NCBI GenBank assembly: GCA_028534125.1
Contig: CM052816.1
Location: 54,190,001-54,254,000, forward strand
DNA: 64,000 nt
From: Lama glama
Taxonomy: Eukaryota
Direction: 5' to 3'
Numbering within the stretch: the stretch's first letter is position 1; each line of letters starts with the position of its first letter. This document shows, in pieces, positions 51,711 through 64,000 of this stretch. Under the pieces are notes generated by a model. The model did not search any database. It worked only from the letters and a program-made list of their open reading frames with translations, and was not told the DNA's origin. A program made the translations under genes and the position numbers.

Positions 51711-52129
51711 CAGTGATTAACAATGGTTGCTTTTATGGAACCTATGTTCTAGAAGGGGAAGACAGAAAACAAAAAGATGTAGGTAAGGCTAGTTGGCATT
51801 CACCAAAACGTCTGTACTGATTATTACAGCCAACATTTGCTTTGATTGGTCAGTGTCATACCAGATGTTAAAATTTTTGAATTAGCATCTCTGCTAGGTA
51901 AACCCTAACCCCATTTTTCTTATCAGCTAAGTTTCTATAGAGAGTAAGAGATAAAGCAGGAACTAAAACCTTAGTCTGGGCACTTTAAGTCCAATGTTCT
52001 TTCTCTTTCAAAATATAATTCTGAACTATGTAACTGTTAAGCTTTTCTTTTTTTAAAACTTTGTTTATAATGCCGTTTTTCTTCTCTTTTTTTTACTTTA
52101 GAAATGTTATTTTTAGCTTAATTAGTACA

Positions 52130-52370
52130 TCTTCCTTGAAGATTTCTCTGTTGTCCCCAGGTAAATTTCAATACTTTTTCTGTTGCACTTGGCTTATGCA
52201 TCTGCTAGAGTCCTTATTTCATTTTGCTTCATTTATGTATCTGTCTCTTGTATTATTCTTTAAGCTATTTGAAATCAAGGAAGATATGTATGTTGTTATC
52301 CTCAGTACCTAGCACAGCACTGCACACATGTAATAGGATCTCAATCAATGCTGAAATGAAATGACTGATT
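52130..52370 (+). mobile_element. L2 3' end
   Basis: taagctatttgaaatcaagga...tatcctcagtacctagcacag...ctcaatcaatgctgaaatgaaatga. Confidence 0.65.
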
Positions 52371-54679
52371 AATCATCAGGAGCCTTGCAGAAGTGCTTGC
52401 TCTTTCAAACCTAAGTCCTATATATAATTTTCCTCATAGACTAGCATAAACTTGTATGTGTTCATAGTAAGTGAGGATATTTGCATTGGGCCAACAAAAT
52501 GGACTATAGCATTCTTTAGTATATTCCAAGGAATGGGAAACTGATTAGGTAATCAACTTCAGCTTTTTCTGGCTCAGACCTTGATGACCCAGGTTCACTG
52601 TGATGGTTGGTGAAATCCTTGGGCAAAAATTTTGACTATGAACTTATTTATCTTTATAAGGGCACATGAAAGAAAAAAAACATTCACTGGCCCAGTCTCA
52701 GTAGAACTAAGCTGGTCTTACATGAGCTGGGCAGGCAGATCTTAGCAAGGTGGCCTCATTTATTCTCATTTTCATAACCTAAATTTCTGATGTTGAAGCC
52801 TATTACATAATACTCTAATCCATGAGCAGAGACATTTGGTTTTGTCATCTGCCAGCTATTCATTAATATTGGTGATTGGTAAAGACTAGACAAATGAATA
52901 AAGACAATTTTTGTGAGTCTAGGACAAATCATTGAAGCTTGAGCAACTGTTTCTTTTCCTGTCATTATGGAGTTGAACACCCTTGTAGTTTTGTGACTCA
53001 AGTAACCACTGTGGAAGCTACTTGACTGGGGGGTTGTGGCAGAAAATAAAGTCTGTGTTATCAGCCCTCTGGGCTAGTCATTCTTACCTCTGAGCTCTGC
53101 CTACATGGAGGGGTTTGTGCACAATATGGACATAAGTGACATCAAAGCAAACATAATGCAATAGCTTTCCATGAGAGAAAGCTTTGTCTGACATTAGTTT
53201 TGACATTCTAAATCTCAGTTTTATGAGAAACATCAATAATAATAACCACCCTTTGCATGGGTACAGCACCTTTCTCCCCAGGCTCTGAATGTTTCACAAG
53301 CATGAAGTGTTCTGAGCAGAAGGGGAAGATGGAGTGGAAGAATCTGGCCCCAGACAATTAAGAGCTAAAATTCCTTTCTACAGCAAGCATGAAACATAAG
53401 GGGGTACAATTTAGGACAGAAAATGAAGAATGCCGGGTCCAGCTGAGACTAAAGGGAATTTGGCAAGAGAGAAATGATCTGACTCAGAGTTTGTCCATCT
53501 GAAATTAACCATGACTCAAAAAACAAACAAAAATAAAACAAAAAAACCAAACCCATAAATCACTGGATCCATGAATATCTCTGGTTTTTGCCCATAATAG
53601 TTAGAGTGCCAGATAAAGTTTAATCGTAACTACTGACTTTGCAAGCTCATCTAATATAACTTCAAAACTATTTTGTCTTAATTTCTGCACATTTTATAAA
53701 TAAAGTCAAAACATTCCTTTTTGTCTGGGAAGTAAAGACATTAAAAACACCACCATCACCACCACCATGTATCATTTATTGTTTTTAGGTTTTGGTCCCT
53801 GAGGGCAGAATCTATGCCTTGTACTTCTCTACATCCTTACCATATAAATTTAATGCATAAAATTATTGAAAAAGGGAACCTTAAAACCATAAGTTCTAAA
53901 TAAGAATTTGAATTCAAATCTTCTACCTGAACAGTACATTTATAAATCTTGGATTTCTTGATGAACTGAATGTACCAGAAAGACCCACTTCTCCAGCGAC
54001 AGCAACACATGTGATTATGTTTTCTGTTTCTTTAATTACTTAACTCCTCTCCTATATCTATTAGCCATACTAGGTAGAAGTCCAGAATCTCCCTCTCAGG
54101 ACACCACTGGGCCAGTTGTCTAAAATTACTGGGGCTTACTCAGGTCGAGTTGTTAGAGCTTCTTCCAGAAGTGAGATGGTGAGCACTGTAGGTCTCTGAT
54201 TCAGCATTCCCCTTGCTGTGCTTCCCCGTGTATTTGGGAATTTTCAAGTATTTTTTTTATATTGACATTTAGATTAGTTGTATTGTGATCAGAGAACATC
54301 TCTGTATGGTTTCAGTCATACTCTGTATGATTTCAGTTCTTTGAAATTTGTTGAGACTTGCTTTACTGCACATACTCAATTTTTGAAAATGTTATGTATG
54401 CATTTGAAAATACGGCTAAGAAAGGACCCATATCTAGTCTACAAATACAAGCAAATGCAGTCTTCACTTTGGCATTGACAGAGAAAAAAAATCTAGGTTT
54501 ATTGAATTACATATATATATGGCACTATGTGATTCATATATCTCTATCTATATATATCTCAAATGTGATTTTTATCCGTGATATAAAAAGGGCCTTTTAA
54601 TGGGGTTTTACTATAATTTTAATAGACTAGAGAAAGCAATAAAAGAGTCATAGCTTATGCGTATTGGGGTGAAAAAGCA

Positions 54680-55262
54680 GGAATGATACCTGAAGTAATT
54701 ATTGAAGTGTTAAAAATATATTGAGACTGGGATAAGGGTTGGGGAGGTGTGCCTGAAGTTAATGACTTATGTATAGGAGCTTTGTAAGTGAGGTACAAGT
54801 TCAGAATAGAAGTTTGTAAAAGCAAGGAAAATAGGATTATTGAATCCACATGTTGAATACTGTTTTGTAGTGAAGTAGGAAGAAATATTTTAAATGACTG
54901 GAATAACTGTAAAGATATTTTTGAGACAAATAAGGAAATTTAAATATTGATTTCATATTAGGTATTATTAAGGAATCATTGTTAATCTTGTAGATACGAC
55001 CATATTGTGGTGACATAAAAAGTTGTCCTTATTTTTCAGATATAAACATAGAAGTACTTGGGGTTGAAACGACGTAGACATAATGTCAGGAATTTACTTT
55101 AGAATTTTGTGGTAACAAAGAGGGGAAAAAAAAGGAGAGGAAAAGCATGTGTGCCAAAATGTTAAAAGCTATTGAATTTGATCACTAGGTTATATGAAAG
55201 TGTATTATGCTATTTTATCTACTTTAGTGTATGTTTGAAAATTTTAATAAAATTTTTAAAGA
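54680..55262 (+). mobile_element. Old L1MC/ME 3'UTR remnant
   Basis: taaggaatcattgttaatctt...gtccttatttttcagatata...tttactttagaa...ttatctactttagtgtatgtttgaaattttaataa. Confidence 0.65.
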
Positions 55263-55779
55263 AAAAATATATTCCTGGAAAAGCACTGTATCACCTTAAT
55301 GTTAAAAGTTTAAGTATTTTCATGATGGATCAAATTTTTGCATATTAGAGTTTTTAAATGCCTAAAGGCTAGAAAATGAACCAGAGGATGCTAAATAAAG
55401 TGCTGGCATTTGTTGCAGTAGAATGAGCACTGGCTTTTTACAGGCTTCGAACTACCACTAACGAGCTCCACCCCACCTCATTTGGCAGGACATTTACCAG
55501 TCTGAGTCTCAGGGTTTTTTGTTTGTTTGTTTAAGATGGGACATTGGCCTAAATGAGCTCAAAGTCCTTTTCAGTTCCTTTCATCTGTGGTTCTGAATAT
55601 ACTATATTTCTACTGCCTTGTTGGAACTCTTTGTTTACTAGACTTGGGAATGTATACAAGATACTAGGTTTCACAGTGAGCCCCTTAGAATTTTGGTGGT
55701 TTTAAGAAACTCCTTTGAAGTGAAGGAAGAATGCTAAGTGATCAGAAGTCTGGATCTTCCCTAAACCCCAAGTCAGTAG

Positions 55780-56045
55780 AACACCTCAGTCTCTATTTAA
55801 AAAAAAAAAAATTGATGTTTTCTACTTTTTTGCCAATTCCCCTAGGAAGAGTTGATCTCTCTGTGCCAACTGTATACAGTTATTTTTATAGCTCTTACTT
55901 TGTTGTATGTGCCTTCCCCCAAGACAGTGAGATCCTTAAGGTAGAGGTTTTCTGTTTCATTTTTGTATCTTAGGTACCTAGGACACAATCTGGCATGTAA
56001 AGGGGCATAATACATATTTGTTGAGTGAATGAAGGAATGGATGAC
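55780..56045 (+). mobile_element. L2 3' end
   Basis: agacagtgagatccttaaggtagagg...ttcatttttgtatc...tatttgttgagtgaatgaa. Confidence 0.7.
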
Positions 56046-58274
56046 AATAAAAGCAAACTAAAATAATTTTGTAGCATTTACTTTAATTTCATGGGACATA
56101 ATGAAACAAATATGAATCCATCTTTACTATTAAGTTTAGAAAACTTTTGGGCTCTTCAGTAGAGTACGTTTACGTTGGCTCACTCACTTTCTCTGTTGCC
56201 TCCTTACTCTACCCTCCCCAATAATCCTCAGCAGTACGTTGTCTCGTAAAGGATTCATTTGATCAGAAAGCATTAAGTTGTGTCCTCCCCTTCTTAGGTA
56301 AACTCCTAAAGTTACAGTTCTAAACCTGGGGCTGGGTAGCCAGTAGGTTGGGAAGCCTTTGGAATTGTGGAGCATCTTCCCAGAGGGCTGACTTAACTCA
56401 AATATGTAGGGAAATGTAATGTAATTGGTAAATAATTTAGAGCACTATTTTATATTCAAAAACATGAATGTATTACAGGGTAGAATGTTCAATTGACACA
56501 AAATTTTGACATACATCTTGAGATTGCAGAGAACCGTTTGGGCTATGACTGTCCTTCCCATCCCAGTTCCTGGGTAAGCATTTTATTCTTTTTGTGGTGC
56601 TTTGGTAGAAAATGCTTCAGTTGTACTAACCTAAGACATACTTAAAAACCCTAGAGTAATAGTAAGAGGAAACAAGTTATTTATTTTATTTTTAAATTGT
56701 CATATTTTCTTTACAAATGACCTGATTGTTTTGTCTTTCTTTATGAATATAGGTACCCTGCTGTTTTGAACTGAAATATAATTTATAAAAAGTGTAAGAA
56801 AACACGTTTAGTACAATCTTAGCATATATGTATTTTTTGAAATAGCAAATAATTTGGAACAGTTGTTGGTTCCTCAGATAATTAGATACCCCATTGCTCT
56901 TTAATAAAAGTATTGAATAGTTCAAATTCTTAGTTCATTCAGGTTTTCTTGAAAAAAATTGTTTTCTTAGGTTTCCAGTAAATGGGCATTTACTTCAGTC
57001 AATGGAGTCAATATTCAATGTTCATAATTCTTTTTGAACTATAATTTGATGTTTATTCTTTATATTCAATTTTTTTGGATGTAAAAGTGGGTATATTCAA
57101 ATCTGTTTCTCACCATTTGCAAGACTGTTGAACTAAGAGCCTGGTACTCCAGAGGTCTGTATTGCTTATAGTGACATTGAATTTAAATATTCCTAATTCA
57201 ATTCAGTTAAAAAAAGTTAGTAAGCACTGAATAATGCCAGGCATTATAATAAGCATGGCACTAGTATAGCTTTCTGAATATAGCAGGTAATCAATAAATG
57301 CTCACTAACTAGGAATGGTGATGGTAATGAATACAGTACTTAAACCTGTGTCTTGACTCCATCTGCAAAATATAGTTGTTTCTCCTCATTAAAGTTAAAA
57401 AGCAGAATGATAAATTAGATGATTTCCAAGCACTTGATAAAATTTGTGCTTTAGAGTGAGAAATGTTTAGATTATTCTAAAAAGTAGAAAATGTTATTCC
57501 ATTTTACTTTTCAGTTGTATGAGTTGTTTACCATTATTTACTCTTCTAATTTTCCTTTCCTTAGTTGGCTACTGCAGTTGTTTTTATTCTTTCTCAAATG
57601 AGTGCTCTGCATCTGCTGCCTTCTTTTCCTCACCCCACATCACACATTCTTATAGTCTTTACTGAAACTACACTTTTAGAATCTCTAGTGGCTTCCTTCT
57701 AGTGAAAATGATTACCCTTTGCTCAGACACCTCACACTCCCTCGTCCTTTCCAACATTTAATTTTTGTGGTCAGCCCTGTTGGGAAACTGTCTTACCTTG
57801 ACTTTTATGGTACTGTTTTTCTAGGCCTTCTATCTCTTGGATGGTTCTTTCTGTTTCTTTTAAAGATTTTTCTCCTTCTGGCATTCTCTGGGACTTTCTT
57901 GGGATTTTTTTCTTTGGAATAAGCTGCTATATCAAAGGTCCAATTTTTAGTTCTGTTTTCCTCAACTCTGTAGCTCTTGTTCCATCGTCCAGCTACTAGA
58001 ACTACAATCTATCTGTACATCCAACTGGAGTGCATCTTTTCATGTTGCCTCAAATGTAAACAGATATAAAACTGAACGCATCTCAGGCTTTCTTCTCCTA
58101 ACTTTTCACCTTTAATGTGTCAGTCACCTGTAGGTTATAAAGTTCTGTTGATTCTTCTGGAGAAATAACTCTTGAAATTAAACTTAGAACCAAATGACTC
58201 ATCCAAAGTTACTGAGCTAGGAGGGACCAGGAATCAAGCTGAGGTCTTAGAATCAGAAGACCAAAGGCCTATTA

Positions 58275-58626
58275 TATCCATGGTGCCTTATCTGAAATCT
58301 CTGGCACCAGATGAATTTCAGAACTTAGTTTTTTTTAGAGTTTATAAAATCATAATGTACATATGCTGTTTATAAAATAATACTCTTTGGGGGCAGCACA
58401 GTAGATATAATATTTCTGTTAATATTTTTGCAAGAAAATAATGTGAATATTCACATGGAATGTACTAAAACAGAACTTTAAAAAGCCTCATGTCAGTTTA
58501 GGTTAGATTTTTGCCACAAAATATGGTCAAGTAAAGTAAAGTGTTGCCAACAAATGAGTTATAGAAATTTTTCAATTTTGAGAGCTTTTTGGATCTTGGA
58601 ATTATAGATAAAGAATTGTGGACCTG
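58275..58626 (+). mobile_element. MER46C-like Tigger MITE
   Basis: ccttatctgaaatctctggcaccagatg...ggggcagcac...tgaatattcaca...gcctcatgtcagtttaggtta...agagctttttggat...gataaagaattgtggacctg. Confidence 0.8.
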
Positions 58627-59659
58627 GAAAACTAATCACTTGTAATTAATGTTTGTATTTTTCATACATCATTTTCATTGGACAGATGGGCATTTTACCC
58701 CATAATTATCTGGGGAACAAAGTATTTTGTACCCTAGAAGGAACTTTAGGAGACAAAGGGGAGTGTGGTGGCAATACAAATTTTTTTGGACTACTTACTC
58801 ATAAGGTAGCTAGAGTCTCCTGGCATATAAAACTCCCACAGGTTACAGGTTGAGGACTAGAAACTCGGTTGGTTTAATGTGTTCCAGCCAGTAAGATGTC
58901 CTGGAGTCACGAGGCCTTACAAGGATGAAAGATGTATGTTTTCAGGTAGTTATGAGGACTCAAATGGAAAGTTACCCAGGCCATATGTTAATTTCTAATC
59001 TCTCTTCTCCTCTCTTCACCTCAATCCACCTCACTTTACTTTACCTTATCATATTTGCATATTAGGTCTTTAATATGCCTTTATAGTGAAGAAGTAAGAA
59101 AGGCACCAAGTGATGAAATTGAATGAATAATGGATTACAACCTCAGTTCTAGGTTTCATCATAATTTAGTTTCCTCGTCTGTGAAAAAGGAGACTCAGTG
59201 AATTATTGCAGAGGTCTCTTTCAGTTCTCAAATGCCATGATTATGTTTTATCATTCCATCCTTAAATTTTTCTTTATACTCAGCTGCCTTATCAGAATCC
59301 TTACCTCAAATTCCTAAATTTTGGTAGGCTCTGGTTGTACCAGGCTGAGAATTTAGTTAGGTGGGAGCAATGAAATAAGGGCATATGGAAATAAGGAGGG
59401 TTTGAGCTGACTAGGAGAGGGCGCTTTATGCATTTTTCCTCAGTGCAGAATGGTTATAACAGCTAATCATTTTTCTTTTATATAGATAGATGGGCAGAAA
59501 TAAGTTTATGACAGTGATAAGTATACAGAGCATAAGGTGGGAAACTGATTATTTGGGACAGTATAGCAAAATATTGTGACCCAAAGAAAGCTTTTAGTCC
59601 AGGTAATTCCATTTGTTCAATTCTCCTGAGAAACTCCTGGATTTTTAATGAAATTTCAA

Positions 59660-59870
59660 CAGTGTGTCAGGTACTTAATGTAATCCCCATGCTTTATATA
59701 ATCTAATATCATTATAGTAACAAACCTATGAAGAGATAGAACTATTTCCATATTACAGATAAGGACTCAAAGACTGCAAAGAGTAAGTAATGTGTTTAAA
59801 TTATAAGTGAGTGGCAGAGATGGATTAATATCCAAGTTTGTCAGACTCTGAACTCCATTCATTATCAGAC
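59660..59870 (-). mobile_element. MIR SINE
   Basis: aacaaacctatgaagagataga...tccatattacagataaggactcaaagact...taagtgagtggcagagatgga. Confidence 0.75.
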
Positions 59871-62869
59871 CAAGTTGTCTGCCTTCTTTTTTTTTTTTTT
59901 TTCTTTCTTCTTCTTCCCTAAGACTATGGTTGGGTCTTGCTTTGCTAAACAGTAACAAGCATAGTCTGAACCTACTTACCTACAAGGACCTCTTTTTAAC
60001 AAATACAGCATACTCCATACTGACTGGGGACAGGGAGCAAAGTGACCTGCAGCTTTATGGGTTTCAGGTGTGAAAGCAAGTTCATTTCCAGGGTGGATCA
60101 GCAGCAGAGAGGGAGCAGGAGGGGAGAATGTGAGGAAAGGCTCAATTATATGGGAATATGTCTAGTAAATTTAGTGATAGGGATGGTCATAGTGGTGTGT
60201 AAAACACCTCCTGCTTACTCAGTTGAGTTTCTGGGCTTTGAGCTCTGTATCATCTGTTGGCATTGTATGTGTGATTTTTAGCAAATTCATTTCTTGGTGA
60301 TTTGGTTTTCTCATGTGGAAAATTAAACTAACCATACTTACATCTTACTGCCTCACAGATAAAGTATGAAAATTAATGGGTTAATGCTGGAAAAGAGCTT
60401 AAAGATCTTTAGCCCAAAGTACTGCTATCAATCCCAACATAGAATCTTTTGGACTCTAGAATAATGCTTCTAAAGAGATTATTAAGATACTATCAATGCA
60501 CATTTATTAGAGCAGATTTTTTTCAAGTTATATCTGTGGTTTCTAATTTAACAAATCTGATTTTATTTAATCAATCTATTATAAATGGGCCTGGAATCCA
60601 GTCAGAGTGATATTACACCAAAAGGGCAAGATAGATAATAATCCTTGTTTTCTCATCTGACTGTTAGTTCTCTAATTACGCAGTTTTTCCCAGTGAGGCC
60701 GTGCATGGGCCCTCTGAAAACAACACTGTAAATGATGTAAAGGAAAGCAATTTAGAGGCCTCGATTTTTAAAGGTTTTTTTTTTAAACTTACTAAAAATT
60801 ACAACATTTTAAAGTACTAGAAAAAAGCATATTGAAGTACTGTATTACCTTGAAAGAATAATGCTCTCTAATATTTTCAGTGAATAATCCAGGGTCTTAG
60901 ATTAATTAATCTTCTGGAATTTTGAATGTAGTAGTTTTCTTTTGTGTATCTGCATGTGTTAAATAGCAGAAAATATTCCATGCTTTTTGTTACCATGAAA
61001 GTTATAAGTACATTCACAAAAAACTTTAAGTGCATGCCTAGAATTGGAAAAATTTTGACATGAAGTTTACACTTAGCATAAAAATGCAAACTCATTTCAT
61101 AAAGATGAAAAAAATAAGATTTAAAAATCTTTTAAATTACCTAATTTAAATTCAAACCAGGATATTTCTATCAATATTGTTTTAGAAAAAAATTAATCTG
61201 GTATAAGTCTTCATAAGAATCTGTTTTCAAATTGAATCTTAAATAATTACTTCTCAATAAATATAATTTTGTTTCAGTGTCTTAGTGCATTAAGTTGAGA
61301 GAATTTGACACAGCAGTGGGTAGATTAAATTTGGAAAGAATAAAGACTGACTTTGAGTTAAATCACAACCAGAACCTTCAACTTAATTATTATATTGATT
61401 ATTTAGCAAAGTATATACAAAAATTCGTATACTTAGAAAATGATACAGTAGAATTGATTATGGTGTGTACCACTTAAGTATAGTTTGACAAGTTTGATAC
61501 TATATACGTTCAAAATAATTTATAGAAGGTTGAGGTGTAAAAAATTTATATATGCAGGTACATAGAGCACAAATTTAAACAAGTTTATTTTACTGAATAT
61601 CAATAACTGGGTAACACATTTTAATAAAAATTATTTTCATCTTAGTATTCATTATAGTAATTTACGATCCAATTATATTGGTCACATGTCTGACATTGAA
61701 TACATAAATTCCATTATTTAATAGTAGCTGAAAAGCATGATATTCACACTTCTAGCATTTAGCTAAATATCTCGATGGTGTTTTTCAGTTTAATAAATGT
61801 AGTGTTCTTGCTTTGAATTAAGAGAAACTGAGCCTAAGAAAATCAATAATTTTTCAGAGGTCACAAAGAGAATTAATGATAGTTACTAATAAACCTATCT
61901 TTCTTACTCATTTGAGGTTAAGTTATACTGGGAATACATAGTTTTTTTAACTCGTAATATTGGATTCTTAAAGATAAAGTAATATTCCTGAAAAAAAATC
62001 CACAATTTGTTCTTTCTGGAAGTTTTGGTTTATGGACTGTTGTATTTGAAAAATACTTTCTTTTATTTTAATCAAAACCAATCAAATTCATAGCTACTTC
62101 AGAATTAGGAGGACATACTCAAAGTGAAGAAGTAAACACATTAAGAAAATAGTATTTTTCACATCCATATTTATCATTGGAGTAAAACGAATTTCTTGTT
62201 GTTTCTGATCTGTGCCATATGAAAACAGATGACTTAGGAAAAACAAGACTGTAATGCCATCTGGGGGCTTTTAGGGACATCACAGTTCACCAGAACTAAA
62301 AATCCTGAGGGTAATTTATAATTACCTCCATTTGTCCTTCAGAGTCATAAATACCATTTATTTTTCCTTTTTCACTGTTTTTTACAGTAGTTACACAGAA
62401 AGAGTAATGGTTCAAAATATCCTATTTTCTATTATCTACCTTACTAAGATGTTTCTTTCCTGTAGCCAGGAAATTTTTTTCCTCTCAAGAGGCAGGATGT
62501 ATATATCATCAAGTGTCTAAAACTTTACATTGCATTATGATATGCAATAGGGTTACAGGGTAAAATCAAATAAGAAGAAACTTAACAAAAAGGCATTACT
62601 CATATGTGTGTATGGCAGTGAAACGATGTCTGTTTTTTGGGCTAACCTTAAAAACCCATAGAAGGTTTAGTCACTCCAGCAGAGCCACCTTAAAGGTAGC
62701 ATTTGAGAAGTGGTTACAGTGCAACATCTGTTTTTGAGGGGGTTCATTTGCATTGCTCAATTAGTAGTCTTAGCTGAATGCTGAATATTGTTAAGAAAAA
62801 AAGAAAGATCCTCTGTGCTATCAGGAGGTAGTATATATAATACATAAGAGATAAAAAATATATAAGAGC

Positions 62870-63068
62870 AGATAGACTGGGATTTCAAAATTGTAGAACA
62901 GATAAACAAGATTACACTGTATAGCACAGGGAAATATACACAAAATGTTATGATAAATCACAGAGAAAAAAATGTGACAATGAGTGTGTATATGTCCATG
63001 TATGACTGAAAAATTGTACTGAACACTGGAATTTGACACAACACTGTAAAATGATTATGAATCAATAA
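62870..63068 (+). mobile_element. Young L1 3' end (~200 bp) running into the gap
   Basis: Highly similar to 45740-45930 (gggatttcaaaattgtagaacagataaacaagatta...ctggaatttgacacaaca). Confidence 0.93.
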
Positions 63069-63568
63069 NNNNNNNNNNNNNNNNNNNNNNNNNNNNNNNN
63101 NNNNNNNNNNNNNNNNNNNNNNNNNNNNNNNNNNNNNNNNNNNNNNNNNNNNNNNNNNNNNNNNNNNNNNNNNNNNNNNNNNNNNNNNNNNNNNNNNNNN
63201 NNNNNNNNNNNNNNNNNNNNNNNNNNNNNNNNNNNNNNNNNNNNNNNNNNNNNNNNNNNNNNNNNNNNNNNNNNNNNNNNNNNNNNNNNNNNNNNNNNNN
63301 NNNNNNNNNNNNNNNNNNNNNNNNNNNNNNNNNNNNNNNNNNNNNNNNNNNNNNNNNNNNNNNNNNNNNNNNNNNNNNNNNNNNNNNNNNNNNNNNNNNN
63401 NNNNNNNNNNNNNNNNNNNNNNNNNNNNNNNNNNNNNNNNNNNNNNNNNNNNNNNNNNNNNNNNNNNNNNNNNNNNNNNNNNNNNNNNNNNNNNNNNNNN
63501 NNNNNNNNNNNNNNNNNNNNNNNNNNNNNNNNNNNNNNNNNNNNNNNNNNNNNNNNNNNNNNNNNNNN
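63069..63568. other. Assembly gap (500 N)
   Basis: Run of N. Confidence 1.
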
Positions 63569-63950
63569 GGAATTCTAGGTCTTTGATGGTTCCATATAAA
63601 TTTTGTTATGATTTGTTCTAGTTCTGTGAAATATGTCCTGGGTAATTGGATAGGAATTGCATTAAATCTGTAGATTGCCTTGGGCAGTGTGACCATTTTA
63701 ACAATATTGATTCTTCCAATCCAGGAGCATGGAATATCTTTCCATGTTTTAAAGTCTTCTTTAATTTCCTTCATCAATGGTTTATAGTTTTCTGTGTATA
63801 ATTCTTTCACCTCCTTGGTTAGATTTATTCCCAGATATTTTATTACTTTGGATGCTATTTTAAAGGGGATTGTTTCTTTACTTTGTTTTTCTGTTGATTT
63901 ATCGTTAGTGTAAAGAAATGCAACTGATTTTTGAACGTTAATTTTGTAAT
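63569..63950 (-). mobile_element. Young L1 ORF2 fragment (5' end of a truncated copy)
   Basis: Open frame [53 protein letters not shown]. Similarity to L1 stops near 63950. Confidence 0.95.
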
Positions 63951-64000
63951 TATGGGAAATATTTAAATATCAGGTATTTCCCAGGGATGTTCTATTTTTA

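Noticed and set aside
59288..59340. miRNA-like hairpin starting ttatcagaatc
   Set aside because: Only ~11 nt resemble miR-361 and the stem is short and bulged.
63055..63810. 251-aa ORF
   Set aside because: An L1 ORF2 fragment extended through an N-gap.
1..64000. CRISPR array, operon or other prokaryote-type system
   Set aside because: There is no repeat-spacer periodicity or gene-dense region. The sequence is mammalian and repeat-rich.

Overview
Mammalian genomic DNA, probably camelid (a Vic-1-like tRNA-derived SINE is present and I saw no Alu, Bov-tA or PRE1 copies). It is AT-rich, CpG-poor and intronic or intergenic. I cannot identify a protein-coding gene. Every ORF I can interpret is an L1 ORF2 remnant, the antisense of an L1, low-complexity sequence, or an artefact reading through N-gaps. 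A large part of the window is transposon-derived: old and young L1, L2, MIR, solo LTRs, and hAT and Tigger DNA transposons. The best-supported items are (1) a full-length U6 snRNA fused to an L1 3' end with a 13-bp target-site duplication (TSD), inside a Charlie1-like element that also carries a MER8-like MITE and a SINE; (2) a 23-bp insertion in one L1 that matches ORF2 sequence of an oppositely oriented L1 3.3 kb away; and (3) a ~9-kb nested L1/LTR pile-up that includes an ORF2-only fragment with apparent TSDs. Three candidate exons and several repeat-free, motif-dense blocks are unverified. Both gaps are exactly 500 N and are probably nominal. Repeat family names come from my recall of consensus sequences, not from a search. 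I found no convincing evidence of a new biological system.
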